Below, one piece after another: positions 19,520 through 29,752 of a stretch of 64,000 nucleotides of DNA. Origin of the DNA: an uncultured Oscillospiraceae bacterium. Its GTDB lineage: Bacteria > Bacillota > Clostridia > Saccharofermentanales > Fastidiosipilaceae. The position numbers and the translations under genes were made by a program. The stretch lies in assembly GCA_964345975.1 (NCBI GenBank), contig CAYFSS010000003.1, positions 25,392 to 89,391 on the forward strand. The letters run 5' to 3'. The stretch's first letter is position 1, and every line of letters starts with the position of its first letter. The notes under the pieces were generated by a model. The model searched no databases and had not been told where the DNA came from. It saw nothing but the letters and a program-made list of their open reading frames with translations.

Positions 19520-20261
19520 AATTATTAAGGGTAATAGATTTTACTGCTTCCGTATCAATTAGCTGGTAGCGTTCTTCGGAAGGGAAGAGCATGCCGCCAA
19601 AGTAAATGGAGCGATTATTCGTCGAAGAACGATCGTATTGGGGTTCATAGAAGGCAACATGCATTTCTTCGACACCGGTTGATGCTTGAATACGCGCAGC
19701 ATTCTTCGGTGTGATGCCGCAACCGGGCATGACAATCAAGCGTCCATCTGCATAGTCGACCATCTCACGAACGGTATCCATGCCATGGAAGACATCGGGT
19801 TCTTGACCGGATGTCAGGATGCGACGCACGCCGAGATCTGCTAGTTGATCAATGGCCACACGCCAATCCAATACAACGTCGATTGCACGATGGAAGGTGC
19901 AATCTTTATCGCCGATAATTTCCAAGATCTTGGCGCATCTTTCCGTATCGATGGTGCCGTCTTCGTGGAGAAAACCAAAGACCAGGCCGTCAGCTCCGGC
20001 ATCCAGAAGTGCATGAGCGTCATCCAGCGCAGTCTCGAACTCGTAGTCCGTATAGTGGAAACCACCTTCGCGAGGTCTAATCATGCAATTGATTGGGATA
20101 GAAGAATGGCGTTTTGCGGTCTTCAACATGCCTACGGTAGGGGTTAAGCCACCTTGGAAAAGGTTCGAACAAAGTTCAGCTCGATTGGCACCCCCTGCTT
20201 CACTGCGAAGGACATCTTCAGCAAAGCCGCAGCAAGTTTCGATGAGAATATTCTTGGTCAT
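19518..20261 (-). CDS. cutC: CutC-family protein (copper homeostasis / TIM-barrel protein of uncertain function)
   Basis: The N-terminus ILIETCCGFAEDVLRSEAGGANRAELCSNLFQGGLTP parallels E. coli CutC. The ATG at 20261 is preceded by AGGAG; the ORF is open to 20279. Confidence 0.85.
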   Translation of the reverse strand: MTKNILIETCCGFAEDVLRSEAGGANRAELCSNLFQGGLTPTVGMLKTAKRHSSIPINCMIRPREGGFHYTDYEFETALDDAHALLDAGADGLVFGFLHEDGTIDTERCAKILEIIGDKDCTFHRAIDVVLDWRVAIDQLADLGVRRILTSGQEPDVFHGMDTVREMVDYADGRLIVMPGCGITPKNAARIQASTGVEEMHVAFYEPQYDRSSTNNRSIYFGGMLFPSEERYQLIDTEAVKSITLNN

Positions 20262-20430
20262 AAGAACTCCTATTTTCATGGTAACGATTCTTATAAATTT
20301 AGTTCATTCTATCCTCCTAAACGAAGGGTCTCAACTCGGTGGTGTTTGAGGTATTCTCTAGGTTGCGAAGAACCTGACGATCTATGCATGAAAATATAAA
20401 ATGTTTGATGGATCACAAGAGGAGCAGAAA

Positions 20431-22812
20431 ATGCACATAGTAGAAAATTCAACCTTGCATGACTTTATTCGTCTACATATCCAAGATCGTGATCGTGCGA
20501 GTTTTGGTGAAACTGAAATTGCCGCTCATATAGCAGGATTAAAACGCATCTTGGAGGTCGTGGGAATCCCGGAGCCATTTACGCTAGATGATTGGTTGCA
20601 TTACGTTGCTTCTCCGAGAATCAATAACGAGGTGCTTACACCGTGGATGTCTGATTTTCAAACGTGGCTTTGGGAGGATGTCCAGAATATGGACATGGAG
20701 TCGAAGATCCTGAGGGTCAATGAGCTTGCTGCCCGTGAGGTCACTTACAGGAGTTCCAATGCTCGGACCTTACCGCCCCCTGCGTTAAAACGCGCTATCT
20801 ATGGACGATGCGGTGAAGAATCAACGTTTGTCACAGCAGCCCTTCGGTCCGTAGGCATTCCGGCTCGTCAAGTGTATGCACCTTTATGGAATCATAGCGA
20901 CGACAATCATGCCTGGGTGGAGGCTTTTGATGGTAAGAATTGGCGCTTTCTAGGCGCTTGTGAACCGGAAGCCGTCTTGGATGTGGGATGGTTTAATTTG
21001 GCAGCTTCCAGAGCGCCGTTGGTCGTGTCTCGAACTCATGTCGCAGGTTTAAGGAAATCCCGCTTTGATCTAGGTGTGAATGCAGCCGGTCAATGCTTGA
21101 GAAATGAGAGTCTTCGCTATCGAGAAGGTGCCTGGGTGAGATTCTCTATACCTACCGAAGATGAAGGTGTTTTCACGATTCACCTTTTAAACTATTCAAC
21201 GCCGGCGCCATTACTTCAAGTGGCTATGGATAGCCTCAATGAGTATGAAATTAACCTCGGTGCCGGGACCTATCTCGTGAGTTATATGACGACACACGAG
21301 CGCTATGCAGCTAATCTGGATTTAATGTCGTTAACTGATCAAACATTAGTACTTCATGCTGAATCATGGGAGATGAGTCTGCGGAATTTACCAAGGTATT
21401 GGCATGCATCCGGTGTGAGTAGGCGACCGTCTGCTATCTCAGAAGAAGCCAGAGAACGGGGTCTAGCGATAAGAACTGATGCTGCTGCGATGAGGCAAGC
21501 AAAGGAAGATGCACAAATTGCATTTGCTGAAACATTAGCTTCAGGTCGTAGTGAGATTGAAAGAGAAATTCTACTGCGTAGTGGAGGGAATAGCACTGAG
21601 GTTGAAAAGTTACTTGATCTTACAGGGGGAGACGAGTCGGTTCAACAGCTCCTCTTATATATACCGCAGAAAGATCTCTATGAACTCAAGGCGGAGGAAT
21701 ACATCCGGGAGATTCGTACGGTCATGCACTGCGCTGACGATCTTGATCCAAAAGTCAGAGCTGAAACGCTTCTTAATCCCCGAATTCATGCGGAAGTCTT
21801 TAGTCTCTTTAGAAGTGAGTTGCGGATCAAGACTAGGACACCTGATGAAATCCTGGATTGGATGATTGAACAATACCCTTTAACGCAGAAAGATATGGAG
21901 CCTTATGAACCTCTGACAGTTCTAGCCAAACAAACTGAGTTGTCCCTACGAGATTTCACCAAACTGCTTTGCGGATATCTCCGAGCTCATGGCTATCCGG
22001 CGATCTATAGAAGTACAGGTTTAGTCGAAGTTTATGATAAAGAGTGGAAAATGCTCACAGTCGTTGAATATTCAGGTTTGAGATTGAATTCTCAGAATAG
22101 AGAATATGTCTGGCGCGTCGGTCAAAATTATCAGCTTATCAACTTTGATGTTGAGCCGCTCCCGGTGCACACAGGTCATGGAACTTGGAGTGGTGCTTCT
22201 GAAGTAATTCATGTGATTGGTAGGCAGTTTGCTGTTATAACAACTGTTCGCTTACCTAACGGAGATCAACGATCTGAGATCTTCTTTGTAAATGCAGTAC
22301 CCGGCGAAGTTACGGACATTGAAATAGACTTGCCACACGTTACGTCAAATGAGCTCTTGATCGATGCTCCTTTACCATCAGAGGCAATTGTTCAAGCGTT
22401 GAACCTGAGCGATGCTGAGACCGGTTTTGCTATCTTAGCCCGAGGGGGTCATGAACCGACGGAACATGCTTTCGAAGAACTGGCACTGCTTTGGGATGGA
22501 TTGAGGAGTAGGATCGATCATTTCACAGTGTACTACGATGATATGAGGGAAGGAGCGCGTGAAGCTCTGGATAGATCCCCTCGTTTCAATGCCTTGCTTG
22601 ATAAGGGTCTAAATGCTGATCTTAAACCGTTAAATTATGCTGCACACTTAGAGTCCTTAGGTCGTGGTCTCTTTGTTGAACCTGAAATGCTGCCCTTAAT
22701 CCTTCTTTACGAAAGTAGAGAAAATACAATTCGTGTTCGATTTGCATTTGCAGGCTATGCCGTAGGCTTAGGAGAGACAATTCTTAATAGTCTTGAAGAG
22801 ATCTTACGTTGA
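20431..22812 (+). CDS. Large cytoplasmic transglutaminase/PNGase-fold protein, function unknown
   Basis: 793 aa from the ATG at 20431, with RBS GAGGAG. Transglutaminase-core Cys and His lie in YGRCGEESTFVTAALRSVGIPARQVY...DDNHAWVEAFDGKNWRF. No signal peptide or TM segment is seen. Confidence 0.7.
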   Translation: MHIVENSTLHDFIRLHIQDRDRASFGETEIAAHIAGLKRILEVVGIPEPFTLDDWLHYVASPRINNEVLTPWMSDFQTWLWEDVQNMDMESKILRVNELAAREVTYRSSNARTLPPPALKRAIYGRCGEESTFVTAALRSVGIPARQVYAPLWNHSDDNHAWVEAFDGKNWRFLGACEPEAVLDVGWFNLAASRAPLVVSRTHVAGLRKSRFDLGVNAAGQCLRNESLRYREGAWVRFSIPTEDEGVFTIHLLNYSTPAPLLQVAMDSLNEYEINLGAGTYLVSYMTTHERYAANLDLMSLTDQTLVLHAESWEMSLRNLPRYWHASGVSRRPSAISEEARERGLAIRTDAAAMRQAKEDAQIAFAETLASGRSEIEREILLRSGGNSTEVEKLLDLTGGDESVQQLLLYIPQKDLYELKAEEYIREIRTVMHCADDLDPKVRAETLLNPRIHAEVFSLFRSELRIKTRTPDEILDWMIEQYPLTQKDMEPYEPLTVLAKQTELSLRDFTKLLCGYLRAHGYPAIYRSTGLVEVYDKEWKMLTVVEYSGLRLNSQNREYVWRVGQNYQLINFDVEPLPVHTGHGTWSGASEVIHVIGRQFAVITTVRLPNGDQRSEIFFVNAVPGEVTDIEIDLPHVTSNELLIDAPLPSEAIVQALNLSDAETGFAILARGGHEPTEHAFEELALLWDGLRSRIDHFTVYYDDMREGAREALDRSPRFNALLDKGLNADLKPLNYAAHLESLGRGLFVEPEMLPLILLYESRENTIRVRFAFAGYAVGLGETILNSLEEILR

Positions 22813-22974
22813 TTACAAGTTATCTCTGTCAATTCCGTTAAGAAACAAGACGAATGATTATTAAAAGCAACTAAAAATTCATTTGTTCTTTTCGTGAACG
22901 TGTTAGTTGCACTATACTAGTACGAAGTGTTATACACGATTTCAAAGGATACTTTGTAAGGATGGAGGCAATTA

Positions 22975-24948
22975 ATGAAGAAGCTACTAGCTAGCGTACT
23001 GGTGATGGCGATGCTCGTTTCGTTTGGAATGGGTGCAGCTACTCTGGTCGCAGAAGAACTAACGTCAGCCTCAAATACGCTGACGCTCGCGTCTGCTGCG
23101 ACAGTTGAAACCATGGACTATGTCCTTTCAGCTAAGACCAGCGACCACGAAATCAATGCAAACCTCGTAGACGGATTGCTTGAGCATGATTCGTACGGCC
23201 ACCTGGTCGGCGCACTCGCTGAGAGTTGGGAACCGAATGAAGATGCAACGGTATGGACATTCCACCTCAAAGAAGATATTTGGTGGATGAACTCCAACCG
23301 TGAACCTTATGACACAGTTAAGGCTGATGACTTTGTAACAGGTCTTCGTCATGGTGCTGAGTTTGGTTCAGAGACTTCATGGCTCCTCATGGGTGTCGTT
23401 GAAGGTTATTCAGAGTATCTCGCAAGTGATTTCTCCGATGAAGCTTTCGAGTCTGTCGGTGTCAAAGCTATTGATGACCTAACCCTCGAGTACACACTCG
23501 AAGTACCGGTTCCTTATTTTGATACGATGACGACTTATACAGTCCTTTATCCGATCAACCGTGAGTTCCTCGAAGGTCGCGGCGAAGGTTGTGTCCTCGG
23601 TTCTCCTGATCAAGAAAACTGCGCATTCGGAAACCTTGAGTTCGATAACATCCTCTACAACGGTGGTTTCTATCTCACGAAGAACGACGATAAGTCCGTT
23701 ATCGAATGGGAAAAGAACGAAGACTATTGGGATGCTGAGAATGTTTACTTTGACACTGTTACCTACATCTATGATGACGGTGCAGATCCTTACTCACTCA
23801 TCAATGGTTTTGAATCCGGCACATATCCTCAGGCTGCTCTAAGAACAACTTGGGAAGATTATGACAGCTACCTCGAGAAGTACGCCGATAACGCTTACTT
23901 CCAGCTTCCTAACAACACGGTATTCGGTGTTGTGTTTAACTTCAATCGTCAGTCGTTCAATGAAACAAACTACGCTGAAGACGAAACACTCCGTCAAAAT
24001 ACTCGTGACGCTGTTCTAAATGAAAACTTCCGTAAGGCACTCCGTGCTTCATATGACATCGTTGCTGCCCTTGCCGTTTCCGCTCCGGAAGAACTGGCAG
24101 AGCAATCAACCCGCCATATCAATAACTTCCCCGGTGCCGGTACAACCTCAGACGGTCGCCTCTATCATGACCTTGTCAACGCTGCTTACACAGAGATGAC
24201 AGGTGAAGAAGTTGACCTCAATGATGGTGGTTCAGTCTGGCTCAGCAAAGAAGATGCTCTTGCGTACATCGAAGCTGCAAAGGAAGACGGAATTGAATTC
24301 CCTGTTCACCTCGATATGCTCGTCCCCGAAACTTCTGACAGTCTCGTAAAGCGTGCACAGTCCATGAAGAAGTCTATTGAAGACAACACGGATGGTCAGA
24401 TCGTCCTCGAACTCGTCATGCGTAGCATGGATACCGTTCAGAACATCGCTTACCGTGAAACCGATCCTGCAAAGATGGATTACGATATTTCAACCTTCAC
24501 CGGTTGGGGTCCTGACTATGGTGATCCTAAGTCCTTTGTTGATATCTGGTCAGCTACCACCGGTTACTACATGGCTTCTTCCGGTCTCGGTACCACGCTC
24601 GTCGATGCAGATGGTGAAGAAGTCATCGTCGATGAAGAAATCAAAGAGATCGTCGGTCTCATGGAGTACGAACAGTTCTACCGTGAAGCTGATGCAATCA
24701 CCGATGATATGGATCTTCGCTATGAAACCTTCGCCAAGGCTGATGCTAAGCTGATCGAGAAAGCATTCTATATCCCGACAAGCCAGCAGACCCGTGGTCA
24801 GGTTGTTTCCTACTATGTTCCGTTCTCTAACATCTATGCCGACTACGGTGTTTCAGATCTTAAGTTCAAGGGTATCCGTCTCCAAGAAGAGATCGTAACT
24901 GTTGAGCAAAGAGATGCAGCAACCGAAGATTGGTACAGTAAGCGCTAA
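22975..24948 (+). CDS. oppA: ABC peptide/oligopeptide substrate-binding protein (family 5)
   Basis: 657 aa. N-terminal signal peptide MKKLLASVLVMAMLVSFGMGAATLVA has no Cys. It heads the oppBCDF genes. RBS GGAGG. Confidence 0.85.
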   Translation: MKKLLASVLVMAMLVSFGMGAATLVAEELTSASNTLTLASAATVETMDYVLSAKTSDHEINANLVDGLLEHDSYGHLVGALAESWEPNEDATVWTFHLKEDIWWMNSNREPYDTVKADDFVTGLRHGAEFGSETSWLLMGVVEGYSEYLASDFSDEAFESVGVKAIDDLTLEYTLEVPVPYFDTMTTYTVLYPINREFLEGRGEGCVLGSPDQENCAFGNLEFDNILYNGGFYLTKNDDKSVIEWEKNEDYWDAENVYFDTVTYIYDDGADPYSLINGFESGTYPQAALRTTWEDYDSYLEKYADNAYFQLPNNTVFGVVFNFNRQSFNETNYAEDETLRQNTRDAVLNENFRKALRASYDIVAALAVSAPEELAEQSTRHINNFPGAGTTSDGRLYHDLVNAAYTEMTGEEVDLNDGGSVWLSKEDALAYIEAAKEDGIEFPVHLDMLVPETSDSLVKRAQSMKKSIEDNTDGQIVLELVMRSMDTVQNIAYRETDPAKMDYDISTFTGWGPDYGDPKSFVDIWSATTGYYMASSGLGTTLVDADGEEVIVDEEIKEIVGLMEYEQFYREADAITDDMDLRYETFAKADAKLIEKAFYIPTSQQTRGQVVSYYVPFSNIYADYGVSDLKFKGIRLQEEIVTVEQRDAATEDWYSKR

Positions 24949-24983
24949 TTTCGTTGTAAAAACTTAGCGCGGATTTCAAAAAG

Positions 24984-25013
24984 CGGGGTTGGCGTTTCGC
25001 CAGCCCCGTTTCT
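24984..25013 (+). terminator. Rho-independent terminator/attenuator after oppA
   Basis: An 11-bp GC-rich stem, CGGGGTTGGCG-TTT-CGCCAGCCCCG, is followed by TTTCT. Confidence 0.7.
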
Positions 25014-25085
25014 ATGGTATTTTAGATAGTGATTCTTTCTTCTAGCTCTATTTTATCCGCGTTGTAGTTGAGGAGTGTTTAGTCT

Positions 25086-26576
25086 ATGGGCAGGTATATT
25101 CTTGTAAGAATACTGAAATCGCTTTTGTCCATCGCAATCGTCGTATCGGTGGTTGTCGTTATGGTGTACAAATTAGTTCCTACGTCGAAAGTTTTTGAGA
25201 ATGACGAGGGATATCGTAAACTCAAAGCGAATCAGAAATACGTTTATAGTTTGAGTAAACTCGAGAATCTCGGCTATCTCGACTACCTTACTGCAGGTGA
25301 GATGTTTGCGAATGAGTCCGAAGCTTCATTTCAAGATCACAGACCCGGTGATGAAGAATACGATCGTGTTCTCCAGGTATACCGTGATAAAGGCTACACA
25401 GTCGAAGAATTGACGCAGAACGATGATCTCCGCGGTACTTGGATTGCCTATCGTTATTACAATGTCTTTGAGCTCATCGGAGGCTTTTTCTCGCGACTCA
25501 TCGTTATTGATAACCCCAACGCCATTCAGGACCCAAATAATCCCGATATGGAGAGAGGTTATAGTTGGGAGAAAGATCATAACGGTAATTACGCACTTAC
25601 CTGTGAAGGTTGCACGAACCTGTACCAGATCTATTTCAACAATAAATTCCCTTTCATTCACCAGAATGCTGTAAAGCTGTACTTCGGTGAATCTTATCCG
25701 ACGCATTCCGGTGTCCATACCATGGACGTCATCAGTCGCGGACAAGGGCGTACAGTACGCGTCGAACAAACGTTCCCAACCGGCGAAGTACTGGAAATTC
25801 CTATTGATCAGCACACGCGACAATACAAGTTCCAACCGGATCGTTTGGATGTCAATAAGTATGGTGATAGCCATTATGCAACGACAGGAAGTTTCTACGA
25901 ATCACCCTCAATGATCGGGACCTCGTATATCTTCGGCATTCTGTCATTGATCTTAGCGTATTTGTTCGCTTTGCCGGCAGGTCTAGCCATGGCGCGTAAG
26001 AAGGGTTTGTGGGTCGATAAGATTGGTATTGCATACATCAACTTGATCTTGGCGTTGCCATCGCTGGCACTCATCTTCTTCATTAAATATGCAGGCTTTG
26101 GTTTCGGACTTCCTGATAAGTTCCCTGAATTGGGTTTCAATAATATCAAGTCTTATATCATGCCCCTATTGGCTTTAACGATCATGAATACCCCAGGAAT
26201 TATGATGTGGATCCGTCGCTATATGGTTGACCAAGAAAGTGCGGACTACGTCAAGTTTGCAAGATCTAAGGGCTTGACCGATAAAGAGATTTCAAAGCGT
26301 CATATCCTGAAGAATGCCATTATTCCGATCATTAATGGTCTACCGTCATCGGTCATTCTGGCTATTAGTGGAGCTATCGTCACGGAGTCAATGTTTGCCG
26401 TTCCGGGCATGGGTAAGATGTTGCCTGATGCGATCAATGGAGCCAATAACAATATGGTCATTACCCTGACCTTCATCTTTACGTCGCTAGCGGTCTTCTC
26501 TGTATTCCTTGGTGACCTACTCATGACCGTCGTCGATCCTCGAATCTCGCTTGATATCAAGGAAGGAGTACGCTAA
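25086..26576 (+). CDS. oppB: Oligopeptide ABC permease OppB with an enlarged first external loop
   Basis: 496 aa. TM1 is followed by about 245 aa of hydrophilic sequence, then the canonical permease core with the EAA-type loop VKFARSKGLTDKEISKRHILKNAIIPIING. Confidence 0.85.
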   Translation: MGRYILVRILKSLLSIAIVVSVVVVMVYKLVPTSKVFENDEGYRKLKANQKYVYSLSKLENLGYLDYLTAGEMFANESEASFQDHRPGDEEYDRVLQVYRDKGYTVEELTQNDDLRGTWIAYRYYNVFELIGGFFSRLIVIDNPNAIQDPNNPDMERGYSWEKDHNGNYALTCEGCTNLYQIYFNNKFPFIHQNAVKLYFGESYPTHSGVHTMDVISRGQGRTVRVEQTFPTGEVLEIPIDQHTRQYKFQPDRLDVNKYGDSHYATTGSFYESPSMIGTSYIFGILSLILAYLFALPAGLAMARKKGLWVDKIGIAYINLILALPSLALIFFIKYAGFGFGLPDKFPELGFNNIKSYIMPLLALTIMNTPGIMMWIRRYMVDQESADYVKFARSKGLTDKEISKRHILKNAIIPIINGLPSSVILAISGAIVTESMFAVPGMGKMLPDAINGANNNMVITLTFIFTSLAVFSVFLGDLLMTVVDPRISLDIKEGVR

Positions 26577-26578
26577 AC

Positions 26579-27598
26579 ATGACAAATACGAATTATCCAG
26601 GACCTGTGGGGATGCAAGGTGAACCTAAAGGTATCGTCAAACATGACCCGGCTAATGTCCCTGAAATAGATCCGGCAATCGAAAAAGAAATGTTTGAAGC
26701 TGCGGAATTTGATGCTACTGCTTCAGAGCATATATCGACTCCCGTGTATTCTTATTGGCAGAGCGTCAGACGCCGCTTCTTCCAGTCTAAAATTGCTATC
26801 CTCATGTTGATTGTCTTTGCGGTCATTGTCTTAATGTCGCTCATCCATCCTGAGATCTCGGGCTATGATCACATGAATGCGGAACACATTAACGATAAGT
26901 CTCAGTGGTTCTTGCGTCCTTCCGTTGACCATCCTTTCGGGACGGACGATATTGGCCGAGACATGTTCTCACTCGTATGGGCAGGAGCTCGCACCAGTCT
27001 CTTTATTTCCTTCACGGCTACGATCATCACCGTCGTAATCGGTGTTTTGGTAGGTATGTGGTGGGGCTTTTCTAAGCGAGTCGACGCCATCATGATCGAG
27101 GTCTACAACGTTGTTTCCAACATACCGTTCACCTTAATCGTCATGATCTTGAGCTTTGCCCTTGGAGGCGGTGTTTGGCAATTGATCTTTGCCCTATCGT
27201 GTACGTCATGGGTAGGAACAGCCTACTTTGTCCGAGTCCAGGTTATGATCCGTCGCGATCGAGAGTACAACCTAGCTTCGAAGTGTCTTGGATCTTCAAA
27301 CTGGACAATTATCAAGAACAATATTTTCCCTTATCTTATCTCCGTCCTTGTCACCGTTATTTCTCGTAATGTCCCGTCCTTTATCTCGTATGAGGTCTTC
27401 CTAAGTTTCATCGGTGTTGGACTTTCCGAGAGAATTGCTTCCTTGGGTCGCGTGGTTCAAACGAGCTCCAAGCACATGCAGTCTGCGCCATACCTCTTCA
27501 TCATCCCGCTCACGGTAACTGCGCTTATTTCAATCTCGCTCTACTTGATTGGTCAGACACTCGCCGATGCAAGTGATCCGCGCAATCACATGCTGTAG
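26579..27598 (+). CDS. oppC: Oligopeptide ABC permease OppC
   Basis: Motif HPFGTDDIGRDMFSLVWAGARTSL and EAA-type loop ASKCLGSSNWTIIKNNIFPYL. Confidence 0.9.
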   Translation: MTNTNYPGPVGMQGEPKGIVKHDPANVPEIDPAIEKEMFEAAEFDATASEHISTPVYSYWQSVRRRFFQSKIAILMLIVFAVIVLMSLIHPEISGYDHMNAEHINDKSQWFLRPSVDHPFGTDDIGRDMFSLVWAGARTSLFISFTATIITVVIGVLVGMWWGFSKRVDAIMIEVYNVVSNIPFTLIVMILSFALGGGVWQLIFALSCTSWVGTAYFVRVQVMIRRDREYNLASKCLGSSNWTIIKNNIFPYLISVLVTVISRNVPSFISYEVFLSFIGVGLSERIASLGRVVQTSSKHMQSAPYLFIIPLTVTALISISLYLIGQTLADASDPRNHML

Positions 27599-27609
27599 GG
27601 AGGACTTCT

Positions 27610-28689
27610 ATGACACAACTCAATCAAGATAAATATATTCTTCAAGTTAAAGACCTCGAGGTTAAATTCCAGGTCCGAGACAGGGAGCTTACAGCTATTC
27701 GCAATGTTTCCATGGACTTCGAACGCAACAAGGTTGTTGCTATTGTCGGTGAATCCGGCTCCGGTAAATCAGTCTTTACAAAGACCTTCTCCGGTATGCT
27801 CGATAACAATGGTCGAGTATCAAACGGTGAAATCTGGTTTGAAGGTCAGAACTTAGCTAATCTGAAGCGTAACAAAGATTGGTTACCCATCCGTGGTAAG
27901 AAAATTGCAACCATTTTCCAGGACCCGCTGACTTCACTGAATCCTGTACGCACCATCGGTTATCAGATATCTGAAGTTATCGTGAAGCACCAAGGCAAGA
28001 GCAAGGGTGAAGCGAAAGAAATGGCGATCGACCTCATGCGTCGTGTCGGCCTAAGCAAGCCTGAACAACGTTACAATGAGTATCCCTTCCAATATTCCGG
28101 CGGTATGCGCCAACGTATTGTCATCGCCATCGCCTTGGCTTGTCGTCCTAAGATCCTTATTTGTGACGAGCCCACGACTGCGCTTGATGTAACAACGCAG
28201 GCTCAAATCATTGCCCTTATCAAGGAACTCGGTGAAGAGTACGGCTTCACAACGATCTACATCACGCATGACTTGGGAGTTGTTGCGAATGTCGCCGATA
28301 TTGTAGCCGTCATGTACGGTGGTCAGATCATCGAATACGGGACCGTTGAAGAGATCTTCTATGACCCACGACATCCTTATACATGGGGGCTCCTCTCGTC
28401 GTTACCTCAACTTGGTAATCCTCACGAGCCGCTGTATGCAATTCCGGGTACGCCACCATCTCTGTTTGAGAAGATCTCAGGTGACAGCTTCGCACCCCGA
28501 AGTGAGCATGCTTTGAAGATTGACTTCGAAGAGGAACCGCCAATGTTCCAAGTCTCCGACACACACTTTGCAAAGACTTGGCTCTTGGATCCGCGTGCAC
28601 CGAAGGTTGAGAAGCCTGTTATCATCCGTGATCTCCACGAGAAGTTAAAATATCTGAGTTCGCAGGGAGGAGTTTATAGTGATATCTAA
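27610..28689 (+). CDS. oppD: Oligopeptide ABC ATP-binding protein OppD
   Basis: Walker A GESGSGKS, signature YSGGMRQR, Walker [13 protein letters not shown]-loop ITHDL and oligo C-terminal motif HPYTWGLL. Confidence 0.93.
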   Translation: MTQLNQDKYILQVKDLEVKFQVRDRELTAIRNVSMDFERNKVVAIVGESGSGKSVFTKTFSGMLDNNGRVSNGEIWFEGQNLANLKRNKDWLPIRGKKIATIFQDPLTSLNPVRTIGYQISEVIVKHQGKSKGEAKEMAIDLMRRVGLSKPEQRYNEYPFQYSGGMRQRIVIAIALACRPKILICDEPTTALDVTTQAQIIALIKELGEEYGFTTIYITHDLGVVANVADIVAVMYGGQIIEYGTVEEIFYDPRHPYTWGLLSSLPQLGNPHEPLYAIPGTPPSLFEKISGDSFAPRSEHALKIDFEEEPPMFQVSDTHFAKTWLLDPRAPKVEKPVIIRDLHEKLKYLSSQGGVYSDI

Positions 28690-29656
28690 GAATGAAGAAC
28701 GCGAGGTCCTCCTCGAAGTCAATAATCTCAACGTCACGTTTGAAGCCGGCAAGAAGATTGTCGAAGCCGTCAAAGATGCCAGCTTCAAGATCTACCGTGG
28801 TGAAACGTTCGCCCTCGTCGGTGAATCAGGCTCCGGTAAGACAACGATTGGGCGGTCGATCATTCGTCTGAATTCAACGCAAGGTGGAGATATCATCTTC
28901 AAGGGTAAGAAGATCAACAAGAATCTTTCCAAATCTGAAGCTCGCCAACTCGTGCGTGAGGTGCAAATGATATTCCAAGATCCTGCTGCTTCACTCAACG
29001 AGCGTGTTACGGTTGACCACTGTGTCGCTGAGGGTATCGATAATTTCCATCTCTATGAAAACAAGGAGGATCGTGCAAGGAAGGTCGATGAGACCTTGGA
29101 GGCAGTGGGTCTTCTCCCGGAGCATAAGTCTCGTTATCCTCACGAGTTCTCCGGGGGTCAGCGTCAGCGTATCGGGATCGCTAGGGCGATTATCATGGAA
29201 CCGGAATTTATCATCGCTGATGAGCCTATTTCCGCACTTGATGTTTCCATTCGCGCCCAGGTCATGAACCTCTTGAATACGTTCAAAGAAGAGCGTGGCT
29301 TGACCTATCTCTTCATCGCCCATGACCTTTCCGTCGTGCGTTATTTCTCCGATCGGATCGCTGTTATTCGTGAAGGTGAGATTGTTGAGGTCGCTGAGAC
29401 CGATGAACTCTTTGCCCATCCACTCCATCCTTATACGCTCTCACTCTTGCAGTCAGTCCCGGTTCCGGATCCTCAGATTGAGAAGTCTAAGAGTCTCATT
29501 ACCTATGAACCGAAGGTCTACGGTCCGAATGAGACATTAGAACTACAGGAAGTCGTCCCGGGTCATTATGTTTATTGCACGAAGGACGAGCTCACTCACT
29601 ATCATGAGCGCTACGAACGTCTCCAACAATCTCGTATTTCTAACCCCATCTATTAG
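28679..29656 (+). CDS. oppF: Oligopeptide ABC ATP-binding protein OppF
   Basis: Walker [10 protein letters not shown], signature FSGGQRQR, Walker [13 protein letters not shown]-loop IAHDL and [11 protein letters not shown] start after GGGAGGAG. Confidence 0.93.
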   Translation: MISKNEEREVLLEVNNLNVTFEAGKKIVEAVKDASFKIYRGETFALVGESGSGKTTIGRSIIRLNSTQGGDIIFKGKKINKNLSKSEARQLVREVQMIFQDPAASLNERVTVDHCVAEGIDNFHLYENKEDRARKVDETLEAVGLLPEHKSRYPHEFSGGQRQRIGIARAIIMEPEFIIADEPISALDVSIRAQVMNLLNTFKEERGLTYLFIAHDLSVVRYFSDRIAVIREGEIVEVAETDELFAHPLHPYTLSLLQSVPVPDPQIEKSKSLITYEPKVYGPNETLELQEVVPGHYVYCTKDELTHYHERYERLQQSRISNPIY

Positions 29657-29697
29657 TCTCAAAAAGCCCACACAGGTTTAACCCTTTAAGGCAGAAG

Positions 29698-29734
29698 AAA
29701 GCTCGTATGCACTGCAGTGCATACGAGCTTTTGT
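29698..29734. terminator. Bidirectional rho-independent terminator shared by oppF (+) and the thioredoxin-like gene (-)
   Basis: Perfect 12-bp stem GCTCGTATGCAC-TGCA-GTGCATACGAGC at 29701-29728. It is flanked by an A-run upstream and TTTT downstream. Confidence 0.9.
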
Positions 29735-29752
29735 TAACGAAGGCTGGATTAA

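Noticed and set aside
22813-22974. A possible CodY box or clear sigma-A promoter upstream of oppA.
   Set aside because: The AT-rich stretch AAAAATTCATTTGTTCTTTT only loosely resembles AATTTTCWGAAAATT. Candidate -35/-10 pairs have poor spacing. This is not supportable without a scoring matrix.
22975-29656. The idea that the orphan pair at 44535-47594 is a recent duplicate of the local oppC and oppF genes.
   Set aside because: Sequence identity is low outside the core motifs. The orphan NBD also has a C-terminal 4-Cys motif that is absent from both local NBDs, which points to a different and older origin.
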